The notes: a model not told the origin generated them from the sequence alone. 64,000 nt of DNA from an uncultured Roseobacter sp. (GCA_947488305.1 CANKZM010000007.1:134860-198859); one strand, 5' to 3'. Positions 28,739-37,726 are shown, counted from the stretch's first letter. Numbers and translations: made by a program.

Positions 28739-29743
28739 ATGAACCTCAATCAGGCCAACAAACGCAAGGCCCGCGCAGTTTGGGCAGCCTTGGACAACGA
28801 TCCGGCGGCTGCCGAAAACCTGTTGCCGAGGCTGTCACACTGGCAGGGCCCTGAACCAATTGGTCTGCAGACCAGCAGCAGTGCAATTATTGAGGCTATG
28901 TTCGCGCCATTGCGCGATGCCGTTCCGGACCTCGCGCGTCAAATCCATATCCTGATGGGCGGTCAGTCTTCCGCAAGCGAAGCGGGTGACGGCGATGGCG
29001 CATGGTGGGTTGCGGGGACTGGCTACTATACCGGTCGTGCTGCTTCGACGGTGTTCGGAATTCCGGCGACGGGTCGCGACTTGCGGATCCGTTGGGGAGA
29101 GTTCTTTCGCTTTGATGCCTCGGGCGAAATCACACACGCCCAGACCATTTGGGATTTCGTTGATTGGTTTGATCAGATTGATCTGCCTGTCTTGCCGCGT
29201 CCCAGAGGGGCTGCGCATGTCTATCCGGCTGCGACTGCCTATGATGCAGTTCTGTCGGATCCACAGACGCCTGCCGAAACGGACAAAACGCTTTCATTCG
29301 GGCGCGACTTTATCTTTGGTGGCTTGAACAGTTTCGATGAAAATGACCTGAGCAGCATGGGGATGGCGCGGTTCTTTCATCCGAATGTGAAGTGGTACGG
29401 GCCGGGCGGCATTGGCGCGTGCCTGTCATTGCAGGAATTCGAAACACTGCATCAACAGCCTTGGCTGATTGCCTTTCCAGACCGAAAAGTGATGCATCTT
29501 GAGAGCCTTTTTGCGGAAGACCGTATGCTGGCGGCGTCGGGTCCGAAAGGTGTCGTTGGAACCCACGGCGGTACCTATCTTGGACATGCCGCGACAGGAA
29601 ATCCCATCGAAGTTTCCGGATTGGATTTCTGGCTTCGCACCGGCGGCCAGTTCACCGAAAACTGGGTCTTTGTGGACATGGTGCATCTGTTTGCACAAAT
29701 GGATGTCGACCTTTTCGCACGAATGAAAGCACATGCCCGATGA
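28739..29743 (+). CDS. tandem SnoaL-like (NTF2-fold) domain protein
   Basis: Two repeats: IPATGRDLRIRWGEFFRFDASGEITHAQTIWDF and GNPIEVSGLDFWLRTGGQFTENWVFVDMVHLFAQMDVDLF. Confidence 0.65.
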   Translation: MNLNQANKRKARAVWAALDNDPAAAENLLPRLSHWQGPEPIGLQTSSSAIIEAMFAPLRDAVPDLARQIHILMGGQSSASEAGDGDGAWWVAGTGYYTGRAASTVFGIPATGRDLRIRWGEFFRFDASGEITHAQTIWDFVDWFDQIDLPVLPRPRGAAHVYPAATAYDAVLSDPQTPAETDKTLSFGRDFIFGGLNSFDENDLSSMGMARFFHPNVKWYGPGGIGACLSLQEFETLHQQPWLIAFPDRKVMHLESLFAEDRMLAASGPKGVVGTHGGTYLGHAATGNPIEVSGLDFWLRTGGQFTENWVFVDMVHLFAQMDVDLFARMKAHAR

Positions 29744-30789
29744 GCGACAGGCCCACCTCCCACAAAGAACTTATCGCGCCATTGCGGGCCGCACTCTACG
29801 ACTTTGATGAACAGAAAGTGCGTGCTGTTCTGCATGAAGTTTGTGCGGCAGATGTTGTCTTCAACCTCGCTTTTCCTTTTGAAACAACCGTTGGCGTTGA
29901 TGCCTATGTGGACAAGGTCTATGCCCCGCTGGCGAAGGCCATACCCGACCTGGAGTGCCGGGATTTCATCGTTATGGCGGGCCCGACACCCGACGGTGCC
30001 GACTGGGTAGGATGCGGTGGGTACTATACCGGTGCGTTTATGGCGCCTTGGTTGGACATTCCTGCAACCGGACACATGGCCCATCTGCGCTTTCATGAAT
30101 TCTACCGGATCGAAAATGGCAAGATCATTGAGATGCAGGCGCTTTGGGATCTGCCCGAATTGATGATGCAAGCCGGGGCATGGCCGATGGGTCCGTCGCT
30201 CGGCCGCGAGTGGCACATTCCGGGTCCTGCCACCTGCGACGGCATTGTCCCCAGCCCTTATGATGCCCGGTGGGGAGAGGAGACCTGTCAGCGCATTATC
30301 GACATGCTCGCCCATCTCAAGAAACACCCCGGCGAAGGTGGTCCGGAAGTGATGGAGATGGAGCGGTTCTGGCATCCCAGGATGTCATGGTACGGGCCCT
30401 CAGGCATCGGCACGGGCCGGGGCGTGCGAGGGTTCCGGCACTGGCACCAGATACCCTTCCTCAACGCCATGCCGGACAGGGGGCAGTATCTTGATGAAAT
30501 CGAGTATCACTTCTTTGGGGATCGCAACTACGCAGCGGTCACGGGTTGGCCGAACATGTACCAATCCATCACAGATGGTGGTTGGTTGGGGATCGCACCG
30601 ACGGGCAAGAAGATCGCGATGAGATCACTGGATTTCTGGCGTTTGGAAGGGGATCTGATCCGCGAGAACTGGGTCCTGGTAGATTTGTTGCATATGTATG
30701 ACCAGATCGGCGTAGACGTCCTCGCGCGGATGCGTGAATTCAATAAGGCCCGTGCCGGGTTCGACGCAGAAACGGGAGCAGCCCTTTGA
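29740..30789 (+). CDS. tandem SnoaL-like (NTF2-fold) domain protein, paralog of 28739..29743
   Basis: IPATGHMAHLRFHEFYRIENGKIIEMQALWDL and GKKIAMRSLDFWRLEGDLIRENWVLVDLLHMYDQIGVDVL. 4-nt overlap with the previous gene. Confidence 0.65.
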   Translation: MSDRPTSHKELIAPLRAALYDFDEQKVRAVLHEVCAADVVFNLAFPFETTVGVDAYVDKVYAPLAKAIPDLECRDFIVMAGPTPDGADWVGCGGYYTGAFMAPWLDIPATGHMAHLRFHEFYRIENGKIIEMQALWDLPELMMQAGAWPMGPSLGREWHIPGPATCDGIVPSPYDARWGEETCQRIIDMLAHLKKHPGEGGPEVMEMERFWHPRMSWYGPSGIGTGRGVRGFRHWHQIPFLNAMPDRGQYLDEIEYHFFGDRNYAAVTGWPNMYQSITDGGWLGIAPTGKKIAMRSLDFWRLEGDLIRENWVLVDLLHMYDQIGVDVLARMREFNKARAGFDAETGAAL

Positions 30790-31547
30790 CCAATTTGCCC
30801 AAATCCCCTGGTTTTGATCTGACAGGTAGATGCGCGTTGGTCACGGGCGCATCCTCCGGCATCGGCCTGGCCTGTGCCGCCGCGCTCGCAGAAGCAGGGG
30901 CTCACGTGGTCTGTGCCGCGCGTCGTATCGGCCCGCTGCAAGAGACCGTCGATGCTATGACGTCTGCTGGTTTTTCAGCTGAGGCTTTGGTGCTGGATCA
31001 AACCGATCTGAGGGCGCTGGAAGAAGCCTTATCGTCGCCTTTTGACATTGTTCTGAACTCAGCGGGATTGGCGCGCCACAGTGCCGCTGTCGAGACACGG
31101 CCAGAAGACTATGATGCCGTCATGGATATCAACCTGCGCAGCGCGTATTTCCTGTCTTCGTATTCGGCCAAAGCGATGATCAATGACGGGCGACGCGGAT
31201 CGATCATCCATATCAGCAGCCAGATGGGGCATGTTGGAGGCATTGATCGCGCGGTCTATTGCGCGTCAAAACATGCACTGGAGGGGATGGTCAAGTCGAT
31301 GGCCATTGAGTGGGGCAAGTCAGGAGTTCGGATCAACACGATCTGTCCGACCTTTATTCGAACGCCCCTGACGCAGGCCACTTTCGACAACCCGGACCGG
31401 TTGGCGTGGCTTATGGAAAAGATAAAATTGCCTCGCGCGGGCGAGGTAGAAGACATAATGGGGGCTGCCGTGTTTCTGGCCTCGGACGCGTCCGCGATGG
31501 TCACGGGGACGTCAATGCTGATCGATGGCGGGTGGACAGCAGGGTGA
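30786..31547 (+). CDS. SDR family oxidoreductase
   Basis: TGASSGIG cofactor motif, catalytic YCASKHAL (YxxxK), 253 aa. 4-nt overlap with the previous gene. Confidence 0.9.
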   Translation: MTNLPKSPGFDLTGRCALVTGASSGIGLACAAALAEAGAHVVCAARRIGPLQETVDAMTSAGFSAEALVLDQTDLRALEEALSSPFDIVLNSAGLARHSAAVETRPEDYDAVMDINLRSAYFLSSYSAKAMINDGRRGSIIHISSQMGHVGGIDRAVYCASKHALEGMVKSMAIEWGKSGVRINTICPTFIRTPLTQATFDNPDRLAWLMEKIKLPRAGEVEDIMGAAVFLASDASAMVTGTSMLIDGGWTAG

Positions 31548-31565
31548 CGGGAGGGTGCCGATCCA

Positions 31566-32582
31566 ATGGGTAAAGTGACATCACTCGATGTCGCCGAGAA
31601 GGCCGGGGTCAGTCGCTCCGCGGTCAGTCGTGTGTTTACGCCCGGCGCGTCAGTCAGCGCGACGACGCGGGATAAGGTTCGCAAAGCCGCCGCCGCCTTG
31701 GGATACCGCCCGAATGTCATCGCGCGGTCGCTGAATACGGGCCGCAGCAGGATCGTCGGACTCGTCGTTGCCTATCTTGAAAACCAGTTCTACCCGGAAG
31801 CAATTGAGAGGCTATCCAAAACCTTGCAGGCGCAGGGATATCACGTTCTGGTATTTATGGCCTCGAACGACAACAAGGCCACGCAAGGTGTTATTGATGA
31901 GCTGCTGGATTACCAGGTGGATGCAATCATTGCCGCCTCGGTGGGGCTGTCGAATGACCTGACGAAACGGTGCGAGGATCTTGGCATTCCAATCGTGCTG
32001 TTCAACCGCCACCAATATGACGCGCAGCTGACGTCAGTTACGTCTGACAACATAGCGGGTGGGCGCAAACTGGCCGAGTTTCTGGTCGCAGGCGGCCATG
32101 AGCGGATTGCGCATATCGCCGGATGGGAAGGCGCCTCGACACAGATTGATCGCGAGGCCGGTTTTCTGGAGGGGCTGCGCGACGCGAACGTGCCTCTTTT
32201 TGCCCGCAACATCGGAAATTTCAATTTCGAGACGGCAAAGCAGGCCGCACGTACGATGTTCAGTGCGGTTGAGAAGCCCGATGCCGTCTTTGTAGCCAAC
32301 GATCATATGGCATTTGCAGTGATGGACGTTCTGAGGTTTGAGCTTGGGTTGAGCGTTCCGGACGACGTCTCAGTCGTCGGGTATGATGACGTGGCACTTG
32401 CACAATGGCCAAGCTACGACCTGACAACCATCCGCCAACCTGCAAACAGAATGGTGTCAGAAACAACAAACGCTCTTTTGGCCCGATTGAATGATCCGAC
32501 CGTTCCAGCGCGCCAGATCGTTCTTGAAGGGCCATTGATGATCCGCGGTTCGGCCCGCAAACCCAAGGAAGGCAAGACATGA
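31566..32582 (+). CDS. LacI family transcriptional regulator
   Basis: N-terminal HTH VTSLDVAEKAGVSRSAVSRVF followed by a periplasmic-binding-protein-like sugar-binding fold (about 338 aa). Confidence 0.9.
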   Translation: MGKVTSLDVAEKAGVSRSAVSRVFTPGASVSATTRDKVRKAAAALGYRPNVIARSLNTGRSRIVGLVVAYLENQFYPEAIERLSKTLQAQGYHVLVFMASNDNKATQGVIDELLDYQVDAIIAASVGLSNDLTKRCEDLGIPIVLFNRHQYDAQLTSVTSDNIAGGRKLAEFLVAGGHERIAHIAGWEGASTQIDREAGFLEGLRDANVPLFARNIGNFNFETAKQAARTMFSAVEKPDAVFVANDHMAFAVMDVLRFELGLSVPDDVSVVGYDDVALAQWPSYDLTTIRQPANRMVSETTNALLARLNDPTVPARQIVLEGPLMIRGSARKPKEGKT

Positions 32583-33547
32583 AAGGCTTCGACAAGAAGT
32601 TTAAGGATTTCCCCGACTATATCATCGGGATCACCAAGGAAATCTGGGAAGACCGGGGCATTGCAACCCTTCACAACTACTACTCTGATGACATCGTTGT
32701 CCGCTCACCGGCTTCGGTAGTGATCGGCAATCAGAACGTTATCGGTGCAACCATGGCCACCCTGGCGGAGTTTCCGGATCGTACGCTTCTGGGCGAGGAT
32801 GTCATCTGGTCGGGAACACCCGAAGAGGGCATGCTGTCGTCACACCGTTTGTTGAGCACCGCGACACATATGCACGATGGTGTTTATGGCAAAGCGACCG
32901 GCAAAAAACTCACCTACCGAATTCTGGCCGACTGCCATGCCATCAACAATCAAATCAACGATGAATGGCTGATCCGCGATCAGGGGGCCATCGTGCGCCA
33001 ACTTGGGTGGGACCCGAAGACTTATGCGGCAGACCTCATTGAGAATGAAGGGGGTCCGGAAACCTGCGTAAAGCCTCTGTCACCGGTGACCGACAAACCG
33101 GGCCCCTATAAGGGTCGGGGGAATGAAAATGAATGGGGTGCCAAATACGCGGACTTGCTTTCTCGTATCATGGGCGCCGATATGGCAGCCGTCTCATCCG
33201 AATATGACCGGGCAGTACAGGTGGAGTATCCCGGCGGGAAGACAGGGCACAGCCATTCAGATGTGGATCAGTTCTGGATGGGTCTTCGTGCGTCTTTCCC
33301 GGATGCTCAGTTCCAGATTGATCACCAGATCGGGCGAGAAGACCCGATGATGCCACCCCGTGCGGCTTTGCGCTGGTCGTTGACCGGCAAGCACTCTGGC
33401 TGGGGCATATTCGGCCCGCCCACCGGTGCCGACATCTATGTGCTGGGTATCTGCCATGCAGAGTTTGGCCCATGGGGGCTGCGCCGCGAATGTGTCATCT
33501 ACGATGAGACCACGATCTGGAAGCAGATCCTGTTACACACTGGCTGA
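32579..33547 (+). CDS. tandem SnoaL-like (NTF2-fold) domain protein
   Basis: ATGKKLTYRILADCHAINNQINDEWLIRDQGAIVRQLG and PTGADIYVLGICHAEFGPWGLRRECVIYDETTIWKQI. 4-nt overlap with the LacI gene. Confidence 0.62.
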   Translation: MKGFDKKFKDFPDYIIGITKEIWEDRGIATLHNYYSDDIVVRSPASVVIGNQNVIGATMATLAEFPDRTLLGEDVIWSGTPEEGMLSSHRLLSTATHMHDGVYGKATGKKLTYRILADCHAINNQINDEWLIRDQGAIVRQLGWDPKTYAADLIENEGGPETCVKPLSPVTDKPGPYKGRGNENEWGAKYADLLSRIMGADMAAVSSEYDRAVQVEYPGGKTGHSHSDVDQFWMGLRASFPDAQFQIDHQIGREDPMMPPRAALRWSLTGKHSGWGIFGPPTGADIYVLGICHAEFGPWGLRRECVIYDETTIWKQILLHTG

Positions 33548-33595
33548 TCCTTTCAGTTTTACAAAAAAAACAAGCCGACGAAAGAAAGAGAAATC

Positions 33596-34561
33596 ATGAC
33601 ACCCGCCGAGATGGAAGGCCGCATTGTTCGATATGGCGATCTGAAACCATGCAAAACCGCGTTCATTGATGCGCACACTCCAGGCTCCGATCAAAAGGAG
33701 AACTTTACCATCATCGGAGGAGGTGTTTCCGAGAGCCCGGATCAACATGTCCATATTTCGATCCCGCACGGCTTTAATATCGGGGCAGCGGGCCAACCGC
33801 CAAAATGCCGGAATTCGCTGCATAGCCACCGCACGGCGGAGGTCTTCTTTGTCTTGTCCGGGCGCTGGCGGTTTTTCTGGGGCCGATGGGGAAATGCCGG
33901 AGAGGTCACATTGGAGCCGGGAGATATCTTCAATATCCCGACCGGTATCTTTCGGGGGTTTGAAAACATCGGAAATGACTATGGAATGATCATGGCCATT
34001 CTCGGCGGCGATGATGCGGGGGGCGGGGTCATCTGGGCGCCTCAGGTGATTGAGGATGCCGCGCACCACGGGCTGGTTTTGTCGGAAGAAGGCAAGCTCT
34101 ATGACAGCAAGAAGGGTCAGTCATTGCCGGAGGGCGTCGCGCCGATGCCGCTGCTTACCGATGAGGAACTCAAGGCGTATCCGGAACCTACGACGGCAGA
34201 TGTTATCCCCAACTACGTCGCGCGCTACTGGGATATGGTGGCGCTCGCGGATCGCAAACCAGCCAAGGTGATTGGTGAAAACGGCATGTTGCGTGACAAG
34301 CCGGGGTTCGAAGTCGATCTGGTGACGCGCGCCTCGGCATCTGAAGAGATGCACCAACATGATCGACCGTCTGTCCTTATGCCGGTCAAGGGACATTGGC
34401 ATGTCAACTGGGAAGGTGGCAGTGCCACATTGGCGCCGGGCGACACGATGTCCGTTCCGGAGAACCTGATGCACAATGCCGTGCCTTCGATGACGGGCGA
34501 CGCCAGCCTCTACCACATCGTGGCGACGGGGGATCCGGCCGGAGCAACTTGGCAGCAATAA
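33596..34561 (+). CDS. bicupin (two cupin-fold domains)
   Basis: NSLHSHRTAEVFFVLSGRWRF...EPGDIFNIPTGIFRGFEN, and a second module VLMPVKGHWHVNWEGGSATLAPGDTMSVPENLMHNA. Confidence 0.68.
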   Translation: MTPAEMEGRIVRYGDLKPCKTAFIDAHTPGSDQKENFTIIGGGVSESPDQHVHISIPHGFNIGAAGQPPKCRNSLHSHRTAEVFFVLSGRWRFFWGRWGNAGEVTLEPGDIFNIPTGIFRGFENIGNDYGMIMAILGGDDAGGGVIWAPQVIEDAAHHGLVLSEEGKLYDSKKGQSLPEGVAPMPLLTDEELKAYPEPTTADVIPNYVARYWDMVALADRKPAKVIGENGMLRDKPGFEVDLVTRASASEEMHQHDRPSVLMPVKGHWHVNWEGGSATLAPGDTMSVPENLMHNAVPSMTGDASLYHIVATGDPAGATWQQ

Positions 34562-34563
34562 TT

Positions 34564-34632
34564 TGAACAATGTTCACAAAATTCTTGAACGGTACGCTAC
34601 GATACGTTATCGAATTCATGAACATAGTTCAT
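34564..34632. promoter_or_regulatory. cluster of TGAAC-type palindromes in an AT-rich spacer
   Basis: TGAACAATGTTCA (34564-34576), half-site TGAAC (34586-34590), CGATAcgtTATCG (34600-34612) and ATGAACATAGTTCAT (34618-34632). All lie directly upstream of GGAG (34633-34636) and ATG 34643. Confidence 0.4.
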
Positions 34633-34642
34633 GGAGATAAGA

Positions 34643-35848
34643 ATGCATACGATAGCTGATACAAAAATGCTGGTAGAAGAGGGTGTTATCTCTCAAACAG
34701 CGGCCAGAATCATCGAGGCGCGCGCACGCAGCACAATGGTCGCATTAGCCATCAACGCGGTGCTTTGCGCAGGAATTCTCTTTGCCACCTTTGGCTTGAT
34801 CTTCTGGTTGGCAGACGCGTTTGCTGTCGCGGTTTGCGGTGGTGTCTTCCTTCTCGCGGGCGTGCTGACCCTGAACAAGGGCAACGCGCTTTACAGCATG
34901 TTCGGCAATGCGGCGGCGCTGATCGGCGCGGGTATGCTGATTGGGGGTGCTGGCATCGAATTGGCTGACAAATACCACGATGTCGCGGGTGGGATCATGT
35001 CCTTGGTCGGCGCGGGCATTGCCTTGAGCATGATCGTGGCACGGCGATCGACCGGCTTTGCCACGCCGTTCGTGACTGGGGCCATTCTCTTGATGGCTGT
35101 TGCCTTGCATCTTTGCGGCTTGGGCTTTTTGGCAGACCAATTTAGCCTTTTCGGCCTTCCGATGGTCGCGTTCTGGCTCTACGCCTCTGCAGCGATTGCC
35201 GCGGCCGGTTGGTTCATCGACGTGCGTCTCGTTTCTGCACTTGCTATCGTCCCCTTTGCGCAGGCGCTCGACACTGGCACTTTTTACTTTCACGCAGCCT
35301 ACGTCTTGTATTCACCGGAACCCACTCTCTCGATCCTGCAGATGATCGGGTTGATCGCGGCCATGTTTTGGGTCGCTCATCGGGTTGATGAGCGGTCTGC
35401 GCGCCATGCACGTATCCACGTCATGATGGCTTTCATTGTCGCCAACCTTTGCGCGCTTATGGGCAGCCTGTGGGGCGACGTCGTGGGCGAGACGGTCTTT
35501 GGGCCAAACCGCGACTTTCTGCGCAAAGGTGGGGATTACACCGAATGGCGCGAAGCCGTCGATGCCTTCAGGGCCAACGCTCTGGTGATCCACGAACATG
35601 TCTTTACGGTCGTCTGGGCCCTGGCGCTGATCGGTGTCACGGTAATTGCAGCCCATAAGAATGCGCGGGCGCTCTTCAATGCAGCCGTGACTTTTGGAGG
35701 CATCCACGCCTATACACAAGCTATCGAGACCTTCTACGATGAACCACTTGCCTATGTGGTCGGTGGCTTTATTGCAATTCCGCTGGCTTGGGGAATGTGG
35801 CGGCTCAACACCTGGTTTTTGGGTCGTGCCGTCCCGGGAAACGAATAA
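34643..35848 (+). CDS. polytopic integral membrane protein of unknown function
   Basis: About 401 aa with about 10 hydrophobic helices. ATG 34643 has GGAG 6 nt upstream. I could not assign a family confidently; the N-terminus LVEEGVISQTAARII is reminiscent of DUF2157-type proteins. Confidence 0.7.
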   Translation: MHTIADTKMLVEEGVISQTAARIIEARARSTMVALAINAVLCAGILFATFGLIFWLADAFAVAVCGGVFLLAGVLTLNKGNALYSMFGNAAALIGAGMLIGGAGIELADKYHDVAGGIMSLVGAGIALSMIVARRSTGFATPFVTGAILLMAVALHLCGLGFLADQFSLFGLPMVAFWLYASAAIAAAGWFIDVRLVSALAIVPFAQALDTGTFYFHAAYVLYSPEPTLSILQMIGLIAAMFWVAHRVDERSARHARIHVMMAFIVANLCALMGSLWGDVVGETVFGPNRDFLRKGGDYTEWREAVDAFRANALVIHEHVFTVVWALALIGVTVIAAHKNARALFNAAVTFGGIHAYTQAIETFYDEPLAYVVGGFIAIPLAWGMWRLNTWFLGRAVPGNE

Positions 35849-35900
35849 GAAAGTTGCCGGATCTGCCAAAGAGCAGGTCCTGCAAACGAGGGAGACTAGA

Positions 35901-37025
35901 ATGACCAAGACGACCCACGTCGGCAGCCTGCCCAGAACGCAGGAGGTGGTGGACTACATCTTTGCGCGGGAAAAGGGAGAGCCGTTTTCACAGGATGATT
36001 TTGATGCGGCGATGACCCGCGCCGTTTCAGATACCGTCGCCAAACAGGTCTCGGCAGGCATAGACATCGTGAGCGATGGCGAGACATCCAAGATTTCCTA
36101 TGCGACCTACGTCAAGGACCGCTACACCGGGTTTTCCGGCGACAGCCCGCGAAATGCGCCCGCTGACCTCAAGCGTTTTCCCAGCTTTCTCAAACGGCTC
36201 GCGGATGACGGAGGCACGCCGCAATATGCCCGCCCGATGTGCACGGGTGACGTTTCCTCCAAAGGGCAGGAGGAATTGAACAAGGACATTGCCAACCTGA
36301 AGGCCGCGATGGCCGAACATGGGGCCAAACGTGGTTTCATGAATGCGGCGTCTCCCGGTGTCATCTCGCTTTTCTTGCAAAACGATCACTACCCGACGCG
36401 TGATGCCTATCTGGCGGCCCTCGCAGAGGCCATGCGGGAGGAATATGAAACGATTGTCGCGGCAGATCTAGATCTGCAACTTGATTGCCCGGACCTCGCC
36501 TTGTCGCGTCACATGCTCTTCAATGATCTTTCGGACGCTGAGTTTTTGAAAATCGCCGATGCGCATGTGGCGGCCCTGAACCATGCCTTGCAAAACGTCC
36601 CACAGGATAAGGTGCGTATCCATATCTGCTGGGGCAACTACGAAGGTCCGCATGTCTGTGACATCGGGATGGAAAAGGTTTTTGATACGCTGATGTCGGC
36701 CAAAGCACGTTACGTGCTCTTTGAAACGTCCAACCCACGGCATGCCCATGAATGGACGGTCTTCCGCGACCGGAAATCGGATATTCCGGAGGATAAAGTG
36801 CTTGTTCCTGGTGTGGTGGATACCACCACGAACTTTGTGGAGCACCCGGAAGTTGTGGCGCAACGCATTGAGCGGTTCACTGACATCGTCGGCAAGGACC
36901 GGGTGATCGCAGGATCTGATTGTGGTTTCGGAACCTTCGCCGGTTTCGGTTCGGTTGATCCGGAGATCGCCTACGCCAAGCTGGGTGCTTTGTCCGAAGG
37001 GGCCGCTCTTGCGGCGGCGCGCTGA
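35901..37025 (+). CDS. cobalamin-independent methionine synthase II family protein (MetE C-terminal-domain-like)
   Basis: MTKTTHVGSLPRTQEV...IVSDGETSKISYATYV...IHICWGNYEG. About 374 aa. ATG 35901 is preceded by GGGAG; the track start 35694 lies inside the upstream gene. Confidence 0.82.
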   Translation: MTKTTHVGSLPRTQEVVDYIFAREKGEPFSQDDFDAAMTRAVSDTVAKQVSAGIDIVSDGETSKISYATYVKDRYTGFSGDSPRNAPADLKRFPSFLKRLADDGGTPQYARPMCTGDVSSKGQEELNKDIANLKAAMAEHGAKRGFMNAASPGVISLFLQNDHYPTRDAYLAALAEAMREEYETIVAADLDLQLDCPDLALSRHMLFNDLSDAEFLKIADAHVAALNHALQNVPQDKVRIHICWGNYEGPHVCDIGMEKVFDTLMSAKARYVLFETSNPRHAHEWTVFRDRKSDIPEDKVLVPGVVDTTTNFVEHPEVVAQRIERFTDIVGKDRVIAGSDCGFGTFAGFGSVDPEIAYAKLGALSEGAALAAAR

Positions 37026-37720
37026 TGGACGCGGCATTGCACAAACTGCTGACCGAGGTCGACACGCCGACGGTTTGCAACGCGATTGAAGTGGCTCAGG
37101 GCAAACGGGGTTTCAACGCGTTCACACGAGGCACGATGTTGGCATCTCACCCGGAAGCGCCAGCCATGGTAGGCTACGCTCGCACCGCCCGTATCCGAGC
37201 GGTTGAGCCGCCCTCTGAGCCGCCGGAGGTCATCAAAAAGCGACGAATGGGCTACTACAAACATATGGCGGAAGGCCCACGCCCCTCGGTTTGTGTGGTT
37301 CAGGATCTCGACGTGCCTAATGCCATTGGCGCTTTCTGGGGGGAAGTCAATACGAACATCCACAAATCCTTCGGGCTTGCGGGAACCTTGACCAATGGTG
37401 TCATGCGGGATCTGGGCGATGTGCCGGATGGGTATCCGGTGGTGGCCGGGTCCGTCGGGCCCAGCCACGGGTTCGTGCATGTCGTCGATTTTGGACAACC
37501 GGTCGAGATTTTTGGCATGGCAGTGGCGGATGGCGATCTCGTGCACGTGGATCGTCATGGTGCAGTTGCTGTGCCACCGGAGGTTGTCCCAAAGCTTGCG
37601 CAGGCGATCCAGACCTTGATGAATTCCGAGCGTATCATTTTTGACGCCGTCAAAGGCAAATCCCTGACGTTTGAAGAATTCGAAAGTGTCTGGGCGGCTT
37701 TCGAGGCTGCGCGGACCTGA
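37025..37720 (+). CDS. RraA family protein (RraA / HMG-CHA aldolase / oxaloacetate decarboxylase-like fold)
   Basis: VDTPTVCNAIEV...AFWGEVNTNIHKSFGLAGTLTNGVMRD...GDLVHVDRHGAV. TGATG overlap with the preceding gene. Confidence 0.78.
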   Translation: MDAALHKLLTEVDTPTVCNAIEVAQGKRGFNAFTRGTMLASHPEAPAMVGYARTARIRAVEPPSEPPEVIKKRRMGYYKHMAEGPRPSVCVVQDLDVPNAIGAFWGEVNTNIHKSFGLAGTLTNGVMRDLGDVPDGYPVVAGSVGPSHGFVHVVDFGQPVEIFGMAVADGDLVHVDRHGAVAVPPEVVPKLAQAIQTLMNSERIIFDAVKGKSLTFEEFESVWAAFEAART

Positions 37721-37726
37721 GGCGAT

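Noticed and set aside
29575-30375. 266-aa minus-strand ORF inside the SnoaL paralog region.
   Set aside because: It is antisense to two translationally coupled plus-strand genes that show clear paralogy. It has no features of its own.
27404-31547. Assigning the HisD paralog plus SDR as the DHPS (hpsN/hpsO) sulfonate pathway.
   Set aside because: No TRAP hpsKLM, suyAB, slcD, xsc or sulfite exporter genes are nearby. The transporter is a CUT1 ABC type. This is left as one hypothesis in the findings.
35694-35900. Upstream 69 codons of the track ORF 35694..37025.
   Set aside because: They overlap the 3' end of the membrane-protein gene in another frame. ATG 35901 has a GGGAG Shine-Dalgarno sequence and gives the canonical MTKTTHVGSLPR N-terminus.
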